Shown piece by piece: positions 46,901 to 58,973 of a stretch of 64,000 nucleotides of DNA. The first letter of the stretch is position 1; each line of letters opens with the position of its first letter. The position numbers were made by a program, and so were the translations under genes. Source of the stretch: Macrostomum lignano (lineage: Eukaryota); NCBI GenBank assembly GCA_002269645.1, contig NIVC01001408.1, forward strand, positions 62,001-126,000, written 5' to 3'. The notes below the pieces were generated by a model. That model saw only the letters and a program-made list of their open reading frames with translations. It did no database searches and had not been told where the DNA came from.

Positions 46901-49172
46901 TAGAACTCGAAGAGCAGTTAGCCTTTGAAAGTTCCCGTTTTAAAGCATTGAAATATCGAGTGTACGTTCACTGCCTGCCAAAGAGGCTCGCAAGTTTATT
47001 CATTAATTACACCGGCCGGCTATTACACAGGGCAGCCTATTGAAAGGCACAGATAATAAAACAAATTGATGGCGCAACCGATTTCACAGTCAGTCAGTAT
47101 CAGTCTCAGTTAAAGTTAACAAAAACATTGCGCAATCTAAATCAACCCTCCAATACACAGCAGCAGTGAGAAGTTGAACCCTCCCCCAACTTTATCTATT
47201 ACGTCTCGCAAAACTGAGTACAATCTTTGCAGCAAGTTAAAAGTATGGAAATAGTTTTTCAAATGCTGTGCTTTTTCTTTTCATATTTAAAGCAAACAAC
47301 TTATATCCCCGAACTCAGCGTTGCAAGATCTTTCCAGCAATATAAGTTTCTCCTCTCAAAGTTTAAAACTCGAGGAACAGTTAGCGTTTAAAATTTACCG
47401 ATTTCCCGACTGCTTGCTAGAGAAGCTCGCAAGTTTATTCATTGAATTTCACTGCCCAGCTAATACACAGGGCCGATAATAAAACCAATTGAATCTCGGC
47501 ACAGTTCTATCTGTTTACAACAGCTATGTACACTCAGTCCAAGCCCAACCCCCCCGTTCCGGGGGAATCATTAAATTTAACTCAACCCCTCAACTCGCGG
47601 GGGTTTTATTTGCATTGAACGCAGAACACGCGCACCCACCACCCTCAATACACAGCGGCCCGCGGGCGGAGGTTGGGGTGGCTATTTTTACAAACTGGCT
47701 GAAGCCCCAGGCAGAGTGGCAAAAGAAGGTCATTGGGGGTCAAAAAAGCAGTTTTCTGCTTTTTTGAGGATTTTAGAAATTAAAATTTCAGAATTAAAAT
47801 AGCCTATAGCCGACCTCGGATAATTTCCAATCTTCCCATATAAGTTTCAACGCTGAGTTGGCACTATTCAAGGAGGAGTTGTCGAAATGACAGACACACA
47901 GACAGACAGACAGACAGACAAACAACACGTCAACTTTAGTATATACGAGGCCAACTCCTCCTTCGGAGAAGAAAGGGGAAGAACTCCAATCAGCGGAATT
48001 CCATTCCCTGAACTCCATAAGCGGAATCCCATTTTCCAACACCTCTCCGCGCAACAGAAATCGTCTCCGTGAAACTGAACACTATCGAAATCCTCTCCGT
48101 GAAACTGAACACCATCGAAATATTCTCCGCGAAATAGAAATCCTCTCCGTGAAACTGGACTAAATCGAAATTTCTACGTCAAATAGCCCAGCTCTCAGAA
48201 TTCATTGGTTAGGGTTAGGGTTAGGGTTGACAGCTGCGTGTTGAAAGGCGCCGTAAAAACATTGAACCAATTAAATTGCGCAACTTATTTCTCAGGCAGT
48301 CAGTATCAGCCTCAGTTAAAGTTAACAAAAAGATTGCGCAATCTAAATCAACCCTCAAATACACAGCAACCGACCCCCCTTCCAATACGCAGTGCAGCTA
48401 GAAATTGAACTCCCCCCACCAACTATTGGGGGGTCGGTCGAACCCCCATTGAACTCCAAAATGAGCACAATCTTTGCAGAAAGCTAAAAGTATGAAAATC
48501 TTTTCTTGAATGCTGTGAATTTAATTTTCATATTTAAAGCAAAAAACTTATATCCCCGAACTCATTGCAGCAAGATCTTTCCAGCAATATAAGTCTCTCC
48601 TCTCTAAGTTCAAAACTCGAGCAACAGTTAGTGTTTGAAACTTTCTGATTTTAAGCATTGAAATATCGAGTGTACGTTCACTGCCTGCTAAAGATGCTCG
48701 CAAGTTTATGCATTAAAATGCACTGAATTTCACTGTGCAAAAAATACACAGGGCTTCCTGTTAAAAAACAGAACACAAATAGTTGCGCAATTGTCTATAA
48801 AGTCAGTCAGTGAGCCAGGGTTCAAGTGTACACACGCAGCCACTGAGAACGCGACCATCCCCCCACTTGAGAGAAAATACACTGCCAAGATAGAAAAATT
48901 TTATGGCGCAATCACTAAAATTGATGCAAATTTTCAGCTCCAAGCAGAAAGAGGGGACAATTAAGATTATCAAAGGTCAAGACCGCCATTTTCTGCTTTT
49001 TTAGGGATCTTAAAAATTGAAAATGAAAGATTAAAATAGCCTAAAGCCATCCTCGGAAAATTTGCAGTTTTCCCATATAAGTTTCAACGCTGACTTGCAA
49101 GTATTCTAGGAGGAGTTATCCAACAAACACACACACACACAGACAAACAACGCACCAGTTTTAGTATTAAGA

Positions 49173-49175
49173 TAG

Positions 49176-49226
<51 letters not shown>

Positions 49227-49240
49227 GAGAAGAGAGAGAG
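49173..49240. repeat. (GATA)n / (GA)n microsatellite at the right flank of the Helitron array
   Basis: Visible directly. Confidence 0.9.
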
Positions 49241-49252
49241 AAGATTATATGT

Positions 49253-49676
49253 ACGTATGAAACATTCGCCGACACTTATTCAGACACTTATTCAGACACT
49301 TCAATTCTACAGACACTTTAGTTTCTGTCGTACGAATCGTAGGAACAAGCATTAAATTTGTTTATTCCTAACAAACTATCAGTAAAATGCTTTATTTTAA
49401 GCTTTTTTTGCTTTATTTTATTAAATATGAATCATGAAATTTGTTATACTGCATAGATTCTCTTCACGTGAAGAAGAATGTTAAATTTGTCCAGGACACT
49501 TCCTAATTCATATTTAATAAAATAAAGCAAAAAAAACTCAAAATAAAGCATTTTACTGATAGTTTGTTAGGAATAAACAAATTTAATGCTTGCTCCTAAA
49601 AAAAAAAGATTCGTACGACAGAAACTAAAGTGTCTGTAGAAGTGTCTGAATAAGTGTCGGCGAATGTTTAATACGT
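49253..49676. mobile_element. Foldback / MITE-like element with ~175-bp inverted arms
   Basis: Left arm 49253-49432 (ACGTATGAAACATTCGCCGACACTTATTCAGACAC...TAAATATGAAT) is the reverse complement of right arm 49506-49676, around a ~70-bp spacer. No coding capacity and no clean TSD. Confidence 0.8.
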
Positions 49677-51574
49677 TTATATGTTAGGCACAACTCTCCC
49701 TTAAATCATTGGATAGCATTCTAACAATATTCAGAAGTGTTGGCAATTGTTTCGGCATCTTTATGACGACTGTTCCAATTTACGTTAAAAATTAAGATGA
49801 GATTACCTTGCCGCTAAATTTACAATTTTTTCATATAATAATAATATCAATTGATCATGAAAAAATGCTGTATTTATGTTACATATGCTGTAATACATGG
49901 TGAAAAAACACAACTATAATATTATGCTAATTGTTATTTTTTGATTTCTGAAAGTAATTATTTTCCGGAATTTTTTAGACCTACGCAACTCGCTTACTAA
50001 AATGCGCCAATTTTAAAGACGCCTTGTATTTCTATTTTGAATTCAAACCCGTGCCCGTGCCGAGAATGACTTGACTTCACTAACTTTTGCAAAATCGGCC
50101 CCTAATATATAAACTTTTATCATCCCGAATGGCTGAATCTACTTTATAATAGAATATATAAATAAACTATATGTCTGTTCTATTTAATTTATGGCTTTTT
50201 AACTTTGCTATAAAATAGGTCTAGCTAGTATTAGTAGCTATAATAACTGCAGCTTTTGTAGTACTGTCACGGTCGCGGTATTCAGTAACAGCAGCAAGTG
50301 TTACTGTTTTTTATTTTGTTATCATTACGTGTTTTTTTAATAAAGATGCTATACATACAATGTGTGCGACTGTGCTGATATATAAAAATGGTATCAATTG
50401 ATAGCAAATTAGCAATTGAATAAGCCTTTTAAATGTTTGTATATTAAGTATTTAATATAGCATTTTCAAAGCCAAATATGCTTTATCATTGATCTTATCT
50501 TATCTCTGGCCTTTATTCTAGACTCCATGACCATAACCAACTAACTATGCTCAGGAAAATGGTCATTTTATAGAAAATTTTAATGCAGAAAGTGGTCTAG
50601 CAATCTAGCATTAGCTTCCTGAATCCTGATACAATGTACATAGCACAAAAAATGGTCTAGTATTATATTATTTAGTGTAGATCTGATAATGAAATATGGC
50701 ATTGCTATTCTAAGAAATCAAAGAAAATCATATATAGTACCAAGTAGGAAAATTATGCAAATCTTTGTTAATTTTATGGCCTAAGTCCTATTTAACTATA
50801 ATTTTTAGATATTTTTTAGATATTATGCAGTAAACTTTTAGATGCAGTAAATTTTTAGATATTTTAACAATTGTCAATTTTTTTTCAATTTTCATTTAAA
50901 ATTGAAACCACATAGTTTGTTTTTTAATGCAAAATTTATTGGTTAGATTATTAGGACTAGCATCAAACTGTAGCAAAATGGGTGATCTTTGCCTTTCTAC
51001 TATGTTTATAACTACCCTATGCTAAGCCATAGTCCAGATTATGCTGGGTGCATTCCCAAACAAAAATATAATAATTACAAAATGCAGGCCAAAAAAAAAT
51101 TGAGTACCTACATATTCTCAAAACTATGCTAATGTTGCGATTGCGACAATAAATGACCTTTTTTACATTGTAACAATAAATGAACCTTTTAAATTGCCTA
51201 ATGAACCCTTTTTGGCAGATAATTTGGTTGATTTTTCTGCTTTTTGGCAATAATATTTACTTTGGAAAATTGACACATGCAAAGATTTGTAAAAATGCTT
51301 TATTATAAGCCTAAAAAACCTGGAAAGCTTGAAATTTACACTTAAAATAAACTCTTTTCTACTTTAAAATAACTCTTCTACATGATTCTATAAAGTGCAT
51401 GCCAGGTGTGCATGTACACTATTTTCTTTGGACTGATGCATGCCAACTGTACATGCCTACTTTTTATACATGCACAACTTCAAAATTGAGTTAGCCATGT
51501 GACTTAGTTTTAACAAAAAATAATGCAATTTACATGTAAAAGTAACCCTAAAGCAAAATTAATGCAATTTTGGC

Positions 51575-51635
51575 TAAATGGTAGGAGTAACTATGACTGT
51601 CTTAATAAGGTGAAATGTCTTGTTATCTACTTAGT
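51575..51635 (+). pseudogene. Short degenerate 28S rDNA fragment spanning the R2/I-PpoI target
   Basis: TAAATGGTAGGAGTAACTATGACTGTCTTAATAAGGTGAAATGTCTTGTTATCTACTTAGT aligns to conserved 28S TAAACGGCGGGAGTAACTATGACTCTCTTAAGGTAGCCAAATGCCTCGTCATCTAATTAGT (recalled), mostly by C>T changes. Confidence 0.65.
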
Positions 51636-53269
51636 ACTACTTGGGTATTTATTTGGGTGGGAATTTTTGTGACTTATCTTGCTTGGCCACCAAATTGGTT
51701 GGCCAGATTGGCCAACTCAGCCAACTGTTGTACATGTATGCTACTTTTGACATGCAAGGTCAATGCACGCCCAAATTTTTGGGTGTATACTACATGATCC
51801 AGAGTGTGGGTACTAAGTAGCATAAAACTACCTTGGTTTTTTGGCACACAGTGCAGATAGATTTTTTAGTATTTTTTAAGTGCAAGCTTTGCTACCTTCC
51901 TGATTATAGTCTAGACTAAAAGCTCTAGGCCCGTAGTAGGCCCTAGTCTATAGAAAAAACCTTTGATGTAAATAAAAAACAATGGAGCTCAAAACAATAT
52001 TTAATAGATTGAAATCAAGACTATTTCATTTAGTCTATTTGTATCACTATATAATTTATAAATAAGGTTTAAAAATATTTTGCTTTAAAAGACTGCCTAG
52101 TATTTTAATAGTCTTGTTTAGTCCAAAAATATCTATATAAATAAAATTGTATACAAATAGGTATACATTATAGATAGCAAAAGTCTAGTGGAAGTTTTTT
52201 AGTAAATAGTAATATATATTGTAGTAGAAGCTCATTAAAAATATTAGCATATAATAGTATACTTAAAATATAAATCTATATATAACATATAGAATATGCA
52301 ATTGGATTTTTATATATATTATTCAAAATTTAGAATTCCAATATGCCTTAATCAATAATAAAAAACAAATAAAAGTCTTCAAATTTGCATTTTCTAGAAA
52401 GTTTGAAGTGATTCTAATTTGACAATATTGAATATGATTTAGAATGAATCAATAAGTTTTAAATTATAAATGTATATAAAAGCTGTAGCCTGTAAGTGTT
52501 TATCTATTTTAAGTTTATTTTATTAAATGTTTATCCTTTTTTAGTCCTATAATAAACTTGTAATTGCCAATAAACATATTATACACTAAAATTTATTAAA
52601 AATTTTTGAAACATTTAAATATATTCAATCTATCTGTATGACATCTCAATGTTGTATATAGATTATCCCTAAAATTAAATCAAGTTATAACTTAGTTTTG
52701 ACTGAAATATGATTTAGTTTGTATCTTATACAAAAGTAAAAAAGCTTTAACTTTTGTCAAAATGCTAAACGTCTAAAAATACATAAAATTTAAAACTTAG
52801 TCATGGTTAGCCACAATTTATACTAGCCAGTTTAGTTGGCAATAGTAGCATATTTATGATATAGCCTTTTGTTTATAGAGTTTTTTGTATTTTTAATATG
52901 CATTAATGAAGACAAGGCAAATTCAATATGATTCCTATTATATAAAATTATTAATGTACAAATGCATGCTTATAACAAGAATATATTTGAAATACTATTG
53001 CAAAAATTTTGTAATATGATCTCTTAAAACTAAGTATAATAACATGATATTAAAATATACTGAATGAAATTTTCAAAAAAATATGAGAGGCAAAAGTTCT
53101 ATATCAAAAGCTTTAAAGTTTGATTCAATTGTATAATTAATAATTTAGTTTTATATCTTTGTTTGCCTTTCAAATTTTATAGTATGTTTTGTACTGCTCA
53201 GTGATTTCAATTATTTTAGCAATTTCCCATAAGTCTAGGCAACCTTAGCGACTTCCTCCATGTGTCATC

Positions 53270-53875
53270 AATAATCTGAGAAGATCCCTTCTATGAATTA
53301 TTCACAATCTGAGCGATTCCCCTGAGTCCTTGACAATATGAGCAATTCCCCTATGAGTCCTTGACAATATGAGCAATTCCCATATGAGTCCTTGACAATA
53401 TGAGCAATTCCCCTATGAGTCCTTGACAATATGAGCAATTCCCCTATGAGTCCTTGACAATATGAGCAATTCCCATATGAGTCCTTGACAATATGAGCAA
53501 TTCCCCTATGAGTCCTGGACAATATGAGCAATTCTCCTATGAGTCCTTGACAATATGAGCAATTCCCATATGAGTCCTTGACAACATGAGCAATTCCCCT
53601 ATGAGTCCTTGACAATATTGAGCGATTCCCCTATGAGTCCTGGACAATATGAGCAATTCCCCTATGAGTCCTTGACAATATGAGCAATTCCCATATGAGT
53701 CCTTGACAACATGAGCAATTCCCATATGAGTCCTTGACAATATTGAGCAATTCCCCTATGAGTCCTGGACAATATGAGTAATTCCCCTATGAGTCCTGGA
53801 CAATATGAGCAATTCCCATATGAGTCCTTGACAATACGAGAAATTCTCCTATGAGTCATTAACAATATGAGCGAT
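53270..53875. repeat. 31-bp minisatellite (CCCCTATGAGTCCTTGACAATATGAGCAATT)
   Basis: Visible directly as a tandem array. Confidence 0.92.
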
Positions 53876-54884
53876 TGAGTTCTTTGAGTTCTTTGCAAAT
53901 AGTGTGATTCAAATTTATACTTTAAGCAATCATTGTCTTTCGTAACGTAACCATGGAATCTTGATCGGGAATTTTTAATTATTTAGTTCCCAGTGTACTT
54001 ATGAGCCTATTGCGTTGCTACTAGCTAACAGTTTGTCCTCATTAAAGTCTCAACTAACTAATCCCACAGCACGTGAAGCTTTTCTCTGTTTACTAGTGCA
54101 ATTCTCCATATGTTGTGGTAGGCAAGTTAATCTCTGCCATGGTTGAATGAAAGCTTTCTGGCTTAAGCGCGCCACTTCCCAACTCGCTGCTTCTTGGCCT
54201 ATTTGTACTTTTAAATCAATCACTAGCATAGCTATAGGTGGGTGCAGAATAGTGGGGGCCGACTGGCTGACTGAACATACTTCGGCTGATTTCCACACCA
54301 GCCCGGCAACCACTGGCTTGGCTTTATTGCACCCGTGTCAGTGTGTGTGCTTGTATGCGCGGTACCCGCCTTTCTCTTCCCCTTCGGTGGGGAGGGGGAG
54401 GGAATTGACTAATTTTTCTGCACCTCTTCTGTTGCGCAGTAATCTCGACGGGATGTTTAGTAGAATAGAGAAAAAACTGGGGGAGGGTGGGGATAAAGTA
54501 GATGAGAAAGTATTCTGACTGTTTATATGCTCCCAGATAGGATAGAATAGGATTTAGATTTTTGTATTGTGCGCTGCTTGCGCGTACGTCTGCTGCGCTT
54601 TAGCGGCGATTTTTTTTCAAACCTCCGCTTAAACCCAACCAAACTAAACTGGACTGGGCCTGCCGGGCCCCGCGTAATGTATTGCAGCCAGCTGCCACAT
54701 GCTCTGGGTGTAAGCTATGCAAATGCTAAATATAAGAAAGGTGTACAGCTTACACGGTGCATCTAATACAGTCTGTTCATAGCTATCATTTTACGATTCG
54801 AAACAGAAATGCTATTATTTATAAAATATATTTATTTGTTGCACCCCAGCAGCTATATTGTCTTACGAATGACCCCAACTGTAG

Positions 54885-55465
54885 ACTGTGTCCACTGAAT
54901 GACAGGTTCTCTATAATGTGTCCACTGAATGACTAGATCTATAGAATGTGTCCACTGAATGACTAGATCTATAGAATGTGTCCACTGAATGACTAGATCT
55001 ATAGAATGTGTCCACTGAATGACTAGATCTGTAGAATGTGTCCACTGAATGACTAGATCTATAGAATGTGTCCACTAAATGACTAGATCTATAGAATGTG
55101 TCCACTGAATGATCGGATTTGTAGAATGTGTCTACTGAATCACTATATTTGTAGAATGTGTCCACTGAATGACTAGATCTATAGAATGTGTCCACTGAAT
55201 TTTCGGATTTGTAGAATGTGTCTACTGAATCACTATATTTGTAGAATGTTTCCACTGAATGACTAGATCTTTAGAATGTCTCCACTGAATGACTAGATCT
55301 ATAGAATGTGTCCACTGAATAACTAGATCTATATATAGAATGTGTCCACTGAATAACTAGATCTATAGAATGTGTCCACTGAATAACTAGATCTATAGAA
55401 TGTGTCCACTGAATAACTAGATCTATAGAATGTGTCCACTGAATGATCGGATTTGTAGAATGTGT
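54885..55465. repeat. 30-bp minisatellite (GTGTCCACTGAATGACTAGATCTATAGAAT), upstream of the PLC gene
   Basis: Visible directly as a tandem array. Confidence 0.92.
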
Positions 55466-55803
55466 TTTTGTCATTTCGATTCACATATCTGTAGTTTAGT
55501 AATAAAATTTGGAGAGTTAAAAAGCTATTAAAACGTTTACTTAAACTAAGGTCTATCGATTACGATTACAATTATGATGCAGTTATTCTACAATGCAATT
55601 TTAGTTTGGAATATTTAATTTTTGCTGACCAATTTTCAATCACGGGCTACCCAAGGGTAGACGAACCTCGTCGCCCCCCACGCACACACCGATCCTGCAC
55701 TGTCCAGCTGCTTGCGGTGTGTGTGTGAGTGAGTGCGTTTGGACATTATCTGGCTCACAATCAGCCAGCCTTATTTGGTCCGATCAATCAATAGTCATTA
55801 ATC

Positions 55804-55926
55804 ATGACTTCGGACATTGCTAAACGGCAGCGGACTGTGCCGTCGGCAAAGGCGTACGATTTCAACTGGCGCATGCCTGTGGCAGCTCACTTGATGAAGG
55901 GCGCTGTGTTCGATCGGTACGATGAG
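55804..55926 (+). CDS. PLCB4: Phospholipase C-beta (PLCB4/NorpA-like) exon 1
   Basis: KAYDFNWRMPVAAHLMKGAVFDRYDE resembles PLCB4 KPYEFNW...GAVFDRYEE. Donor GAG|GTGAGC. Confidence 0.85.
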
Positions 55927-56004
55927 GTGAGCTTCTTTCTGAGCAATGTACCATCTCATTTCATATTTATACCTAGGATTTTTTCCGCTTTTTATTTTAT
56001 CTCA

Positions 56005-57440
56005 ATTCTTGGATCCCAGATCCTACAATTCTTAGATCCCAAATCCCAGGGTTTTTGAGAATTGAGAATCGAGATCCCTCGATTCTTGGATCCCAAAAAT
56101 CCTTCCATTCTTAGATCCCAAATCCCTGGGTTCTTGGATCCCAAATCCCTCGATTCTTGGATCCCAAATCCCTCGATTCTTAGATCCCAAATCCCTCGAT
56201 TTTTAGATCCCAAAAATCCCTCGATTCTTGAATCCCAAATCCCTCGATTCTTGGATCCCAAATCCCTCGATTCTTAGATCCCAAATCCCTCGATTCTTGG
56301 ATCCCAAAAATCCTTCGATCCTTAGATCCCAAATCCCTGGGTTCTTGGATCCCAAATCCCTCGATTCTTGGATCCCAAGCTCTTAGTTCGTAGATCCCAA
56401 GTCCCTCGATTCTTCGATCCCAAATTCCTGGGTTCTTGGATCCCAAATCCCTCGATTCTTGGATCCCAAATCCCTCGATTCTTGGATCCCAAATCCCTCG
56501 ATTCTTGGATCCCAAGCTCTTAGTTCGTAGATCCCAAGTCCCTCGATTCTTCGATCCCAAATTCCTGGGTTCTTGGATCCCAAATCCCTCGATTCTTTGA
56601 TCCCAATCCCTCGATTCTTGGATCCCAAATCCCTTGATTCTTGGATCCCAAATCCATCGATTCTTAGATCCCAAATCCCTCGATTCTTGAATCCCAAATC
56701 CCTCGATTCTTGGATCCCAAATCCCTCGATTCTTCGATCCCAAATTCCTGGGTTCTTGGATCCCAAATCCATCGATTCTTCGATCCCAAATTCCTGGGTT
56801 CTTGGATCCCAAATCCCTCGATTCTTTGATCCCAAATCCCTCGATTCTTGGATCCCAAAAATCCCTCGATTCTTGGATCCCAAATCCCTCGATTCTTGGA
56901 TCCCAAATCCCTCGATTCTTGGATCCCAAATCCCTCGATTCTTGGATCCCAAATCCCTCGATTCTTGGATCCCAAATCCATCGATTCTTAGATCCCAAAT
57001 CCCTCTATTCTTGGATCCCAAAAATCCTTCGATTCTTAGATCCCAAAAATCCCTCGAATCTTGGATCCCAAGTCCCTCGATTCTTGGATCCCAAATCCCT
57101 CGATTCTTAGATCCCAAATCCCTCGATTCTTAGATCCCAAATCCCTCGATTCTTAGATCCCAAATCCCTCGATTCTTAGATCCCAAATCCCTGGGTTCTT
57201 GGATCCCAAGCCCTCGGTTCTTAGACCCCAAAATCCCTCGATTCTTGGATCCTAAGTCCCTCGATTCTTGGATCCCAAAAATCCCTCGATTCTTGGACCC
57301 TAAAACCCTTGATTCTTGGATCCCAAAAATCATTCGATTCTTAGATCCCAAATCCCTGGGTTCTTGGATCCCAAATCTCTCGATTCTAAGATCCCAAATC
57401 CCTGGATTCTTGTATCCCAAACCCCTCAATTCTTGACTCC
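56005..57440. repeat. 23-bp minisatellite (CCCTCGATTCTTGGATCCCAAAT), PLC intron 1
   Basis: Visible directly as a tandem array. Confidence 0.95.
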
Positions 57441-57849
57441 CAAATCGCCGAATTCTTCTATGAAAGAAATCCCCCAATTCGGAAATGTTTCCCAAATCCC
57501 TAGAGTTTTTTGTGCAAATTCCTAAACTGCATGCTGCCCCAATAATTTTGCAAAATTCTTTAGATATTGACAATTAATGTATATTTTTTTTTCTTATAAA
57601 AGTTTCCATTCTGGCTCTAAGCATCGAGTTCATATAAGCGTAAGCATTTACTGCATCTTTGGAGCTACGGATGGTGGAAACTTAACGAAGAGCTCACTTC
57701 CTTGATTTTAGTGCATTGTTATTGCCAATTGCTGTAGCTCATAATTATAAAAAAATATTTTGCCAAGTACGCTCGTACAAGTCTGATCTAAGAAATGTAT
57801 ACTCTTTACAGTTAGTAGACAAGACAGGTGGCCACACATGTACCTAGGT

Positions 57850-58562
57850 AGACAGACACTAAGACAGACAGACAAACAAACATGAAGACAGACAGGCAGG
57901 CAGTCACAGACACAGAGAGCCAGACAGACAGACAGGCAGGCAGCCATAGACACAGAGAGCCAGACAGACAGGCAGGCAGGCAGACACAGACAGGCAGGCA
58001 GGCACAGACACAGACAAGCAGGCAGGCAGACACAGACAGGCAGACACAGGCAGTCACAGACACAGACGGGCAGGCAGGCAGTCACAGACGGGCAGGCAGG
58101 CAGCCACAGACACAGGCAGGCAAGCAGCCACAGACACAGATAGACAGACAGGCACGCAGACACAGGCAGGCAGCCACAGACAGGCAGGCAGCCACAGACA
58201 GGCAGGCAGGCAGGCAGTCACAGACAGGCAGTCACAGACACAGACGGGCAGGCAGGCAGTCACAGCCACAGACAGGCAGGCAGGCAGGCAGCCACAGACA
58301 CAGAGAGGCAGGCAGGCACAGACACAGACAAGCAGGCAGGCAGGCAGACACAGACAGGCTAGCAGCTACAGACACAGATAGACAGGCAGACAGACACAGA
58401 CAGGCAGGCAGGCAGCCACAGACACTGGCAGGCAGGCAGGCAGGCAGTCACAGACAGACAGGCAGGCAGGCAGCCACAGACACAGGCAGGCAGGCAGCCA
58501 CAGACAGACAGACAGACAGGCAGCCACAGACACAGGCAGGCAGGCAGCCACAGGCACACACA
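57850..58562. repeat. Compound (CAGG/CAGA/CACA)n microsatellite, PLC intron 1
   Basis: Visible directly. Confidence 0.9.
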
Positions 58563-58973
58563 GGGCCAGTCGCCTTACACTAGGCTGGTAAGGCTGGCGG
58601 ACTCCTTAAATTTTAAACTCTCTTCTCTCTCTGCCTAGAAACTTTTCGCTTGATTTCTTTTGGGTAATTTTTTTCCTCTTGATCAGTCTTCCCAAGGCCA
58701 GGAAAAATCCGCATCTCTAGGTCGCTAGCTAGTATGGGGGGAACGCAGCTAGCACAGCGGGTAGCTTGGCAACGCCGAGAGGGTTATTAGATCGTATCTG
58801 GCGCTCTTTCATATGCGTTCTTATCGCCCCCGCCTTGAATCCTGGCCGTTGCTTTCTTATTAGGTTTTCTAAATAATTGCATTTTATTACATTATATATA
58901 TATTAGTAATAATATGGATATAATTATTAATAAATTGCATCATTTTATGACTATTTCGGCTCCTTTCCCGCAG

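Larger units (their letters stand above)
19121..49172 (-). mobile_element. Tandem head-to-tail array of non-autonomous Helitron-like elements (units ~1.2-2.9 kb) with nested insertions
   Basis: On the minus strand each unit starts TC(T)TAATACTAAA / TCTTATATCTAAAG, most followed by a (TCTG/TTTG/TG)n microsatellite. Each ends with the hairpin CTCCTCC-nnn-GGAGGAG, then 9 nt ending CTCG. The 3' ends appear on + as CGAG at 19121, 21777, 31705, 32843, 36495, 37735, 39499, 41077, 42316, 45248 and 47946. The whole array is flanked by A (19120) and T (49173). No Rep/helicase ORF is present. Confidence 0.78.

Noticed and set aside
19352-48226. True telomere, chromosome end or fusion site
   Set aside because: The tracts are only 1-4 units, all in one orientation, embedded in a repeat unit, with genes on both sides.
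19121-49172. Autonomous Helitron, Helentron or TIR transposon interpretation
   Set aside because: There is no Rep/helicase or transposase ORF, no terminal inverted repeats or TSDs, and the flanks are A|T rather than TT|TT.
53270-53875. Hammerhead-ribozyme-like ATGAGTCC..GGAC in the 31-bp repeat
   Set aside because: It lacks the CUGANGA and GAAA core and has no room for stems.
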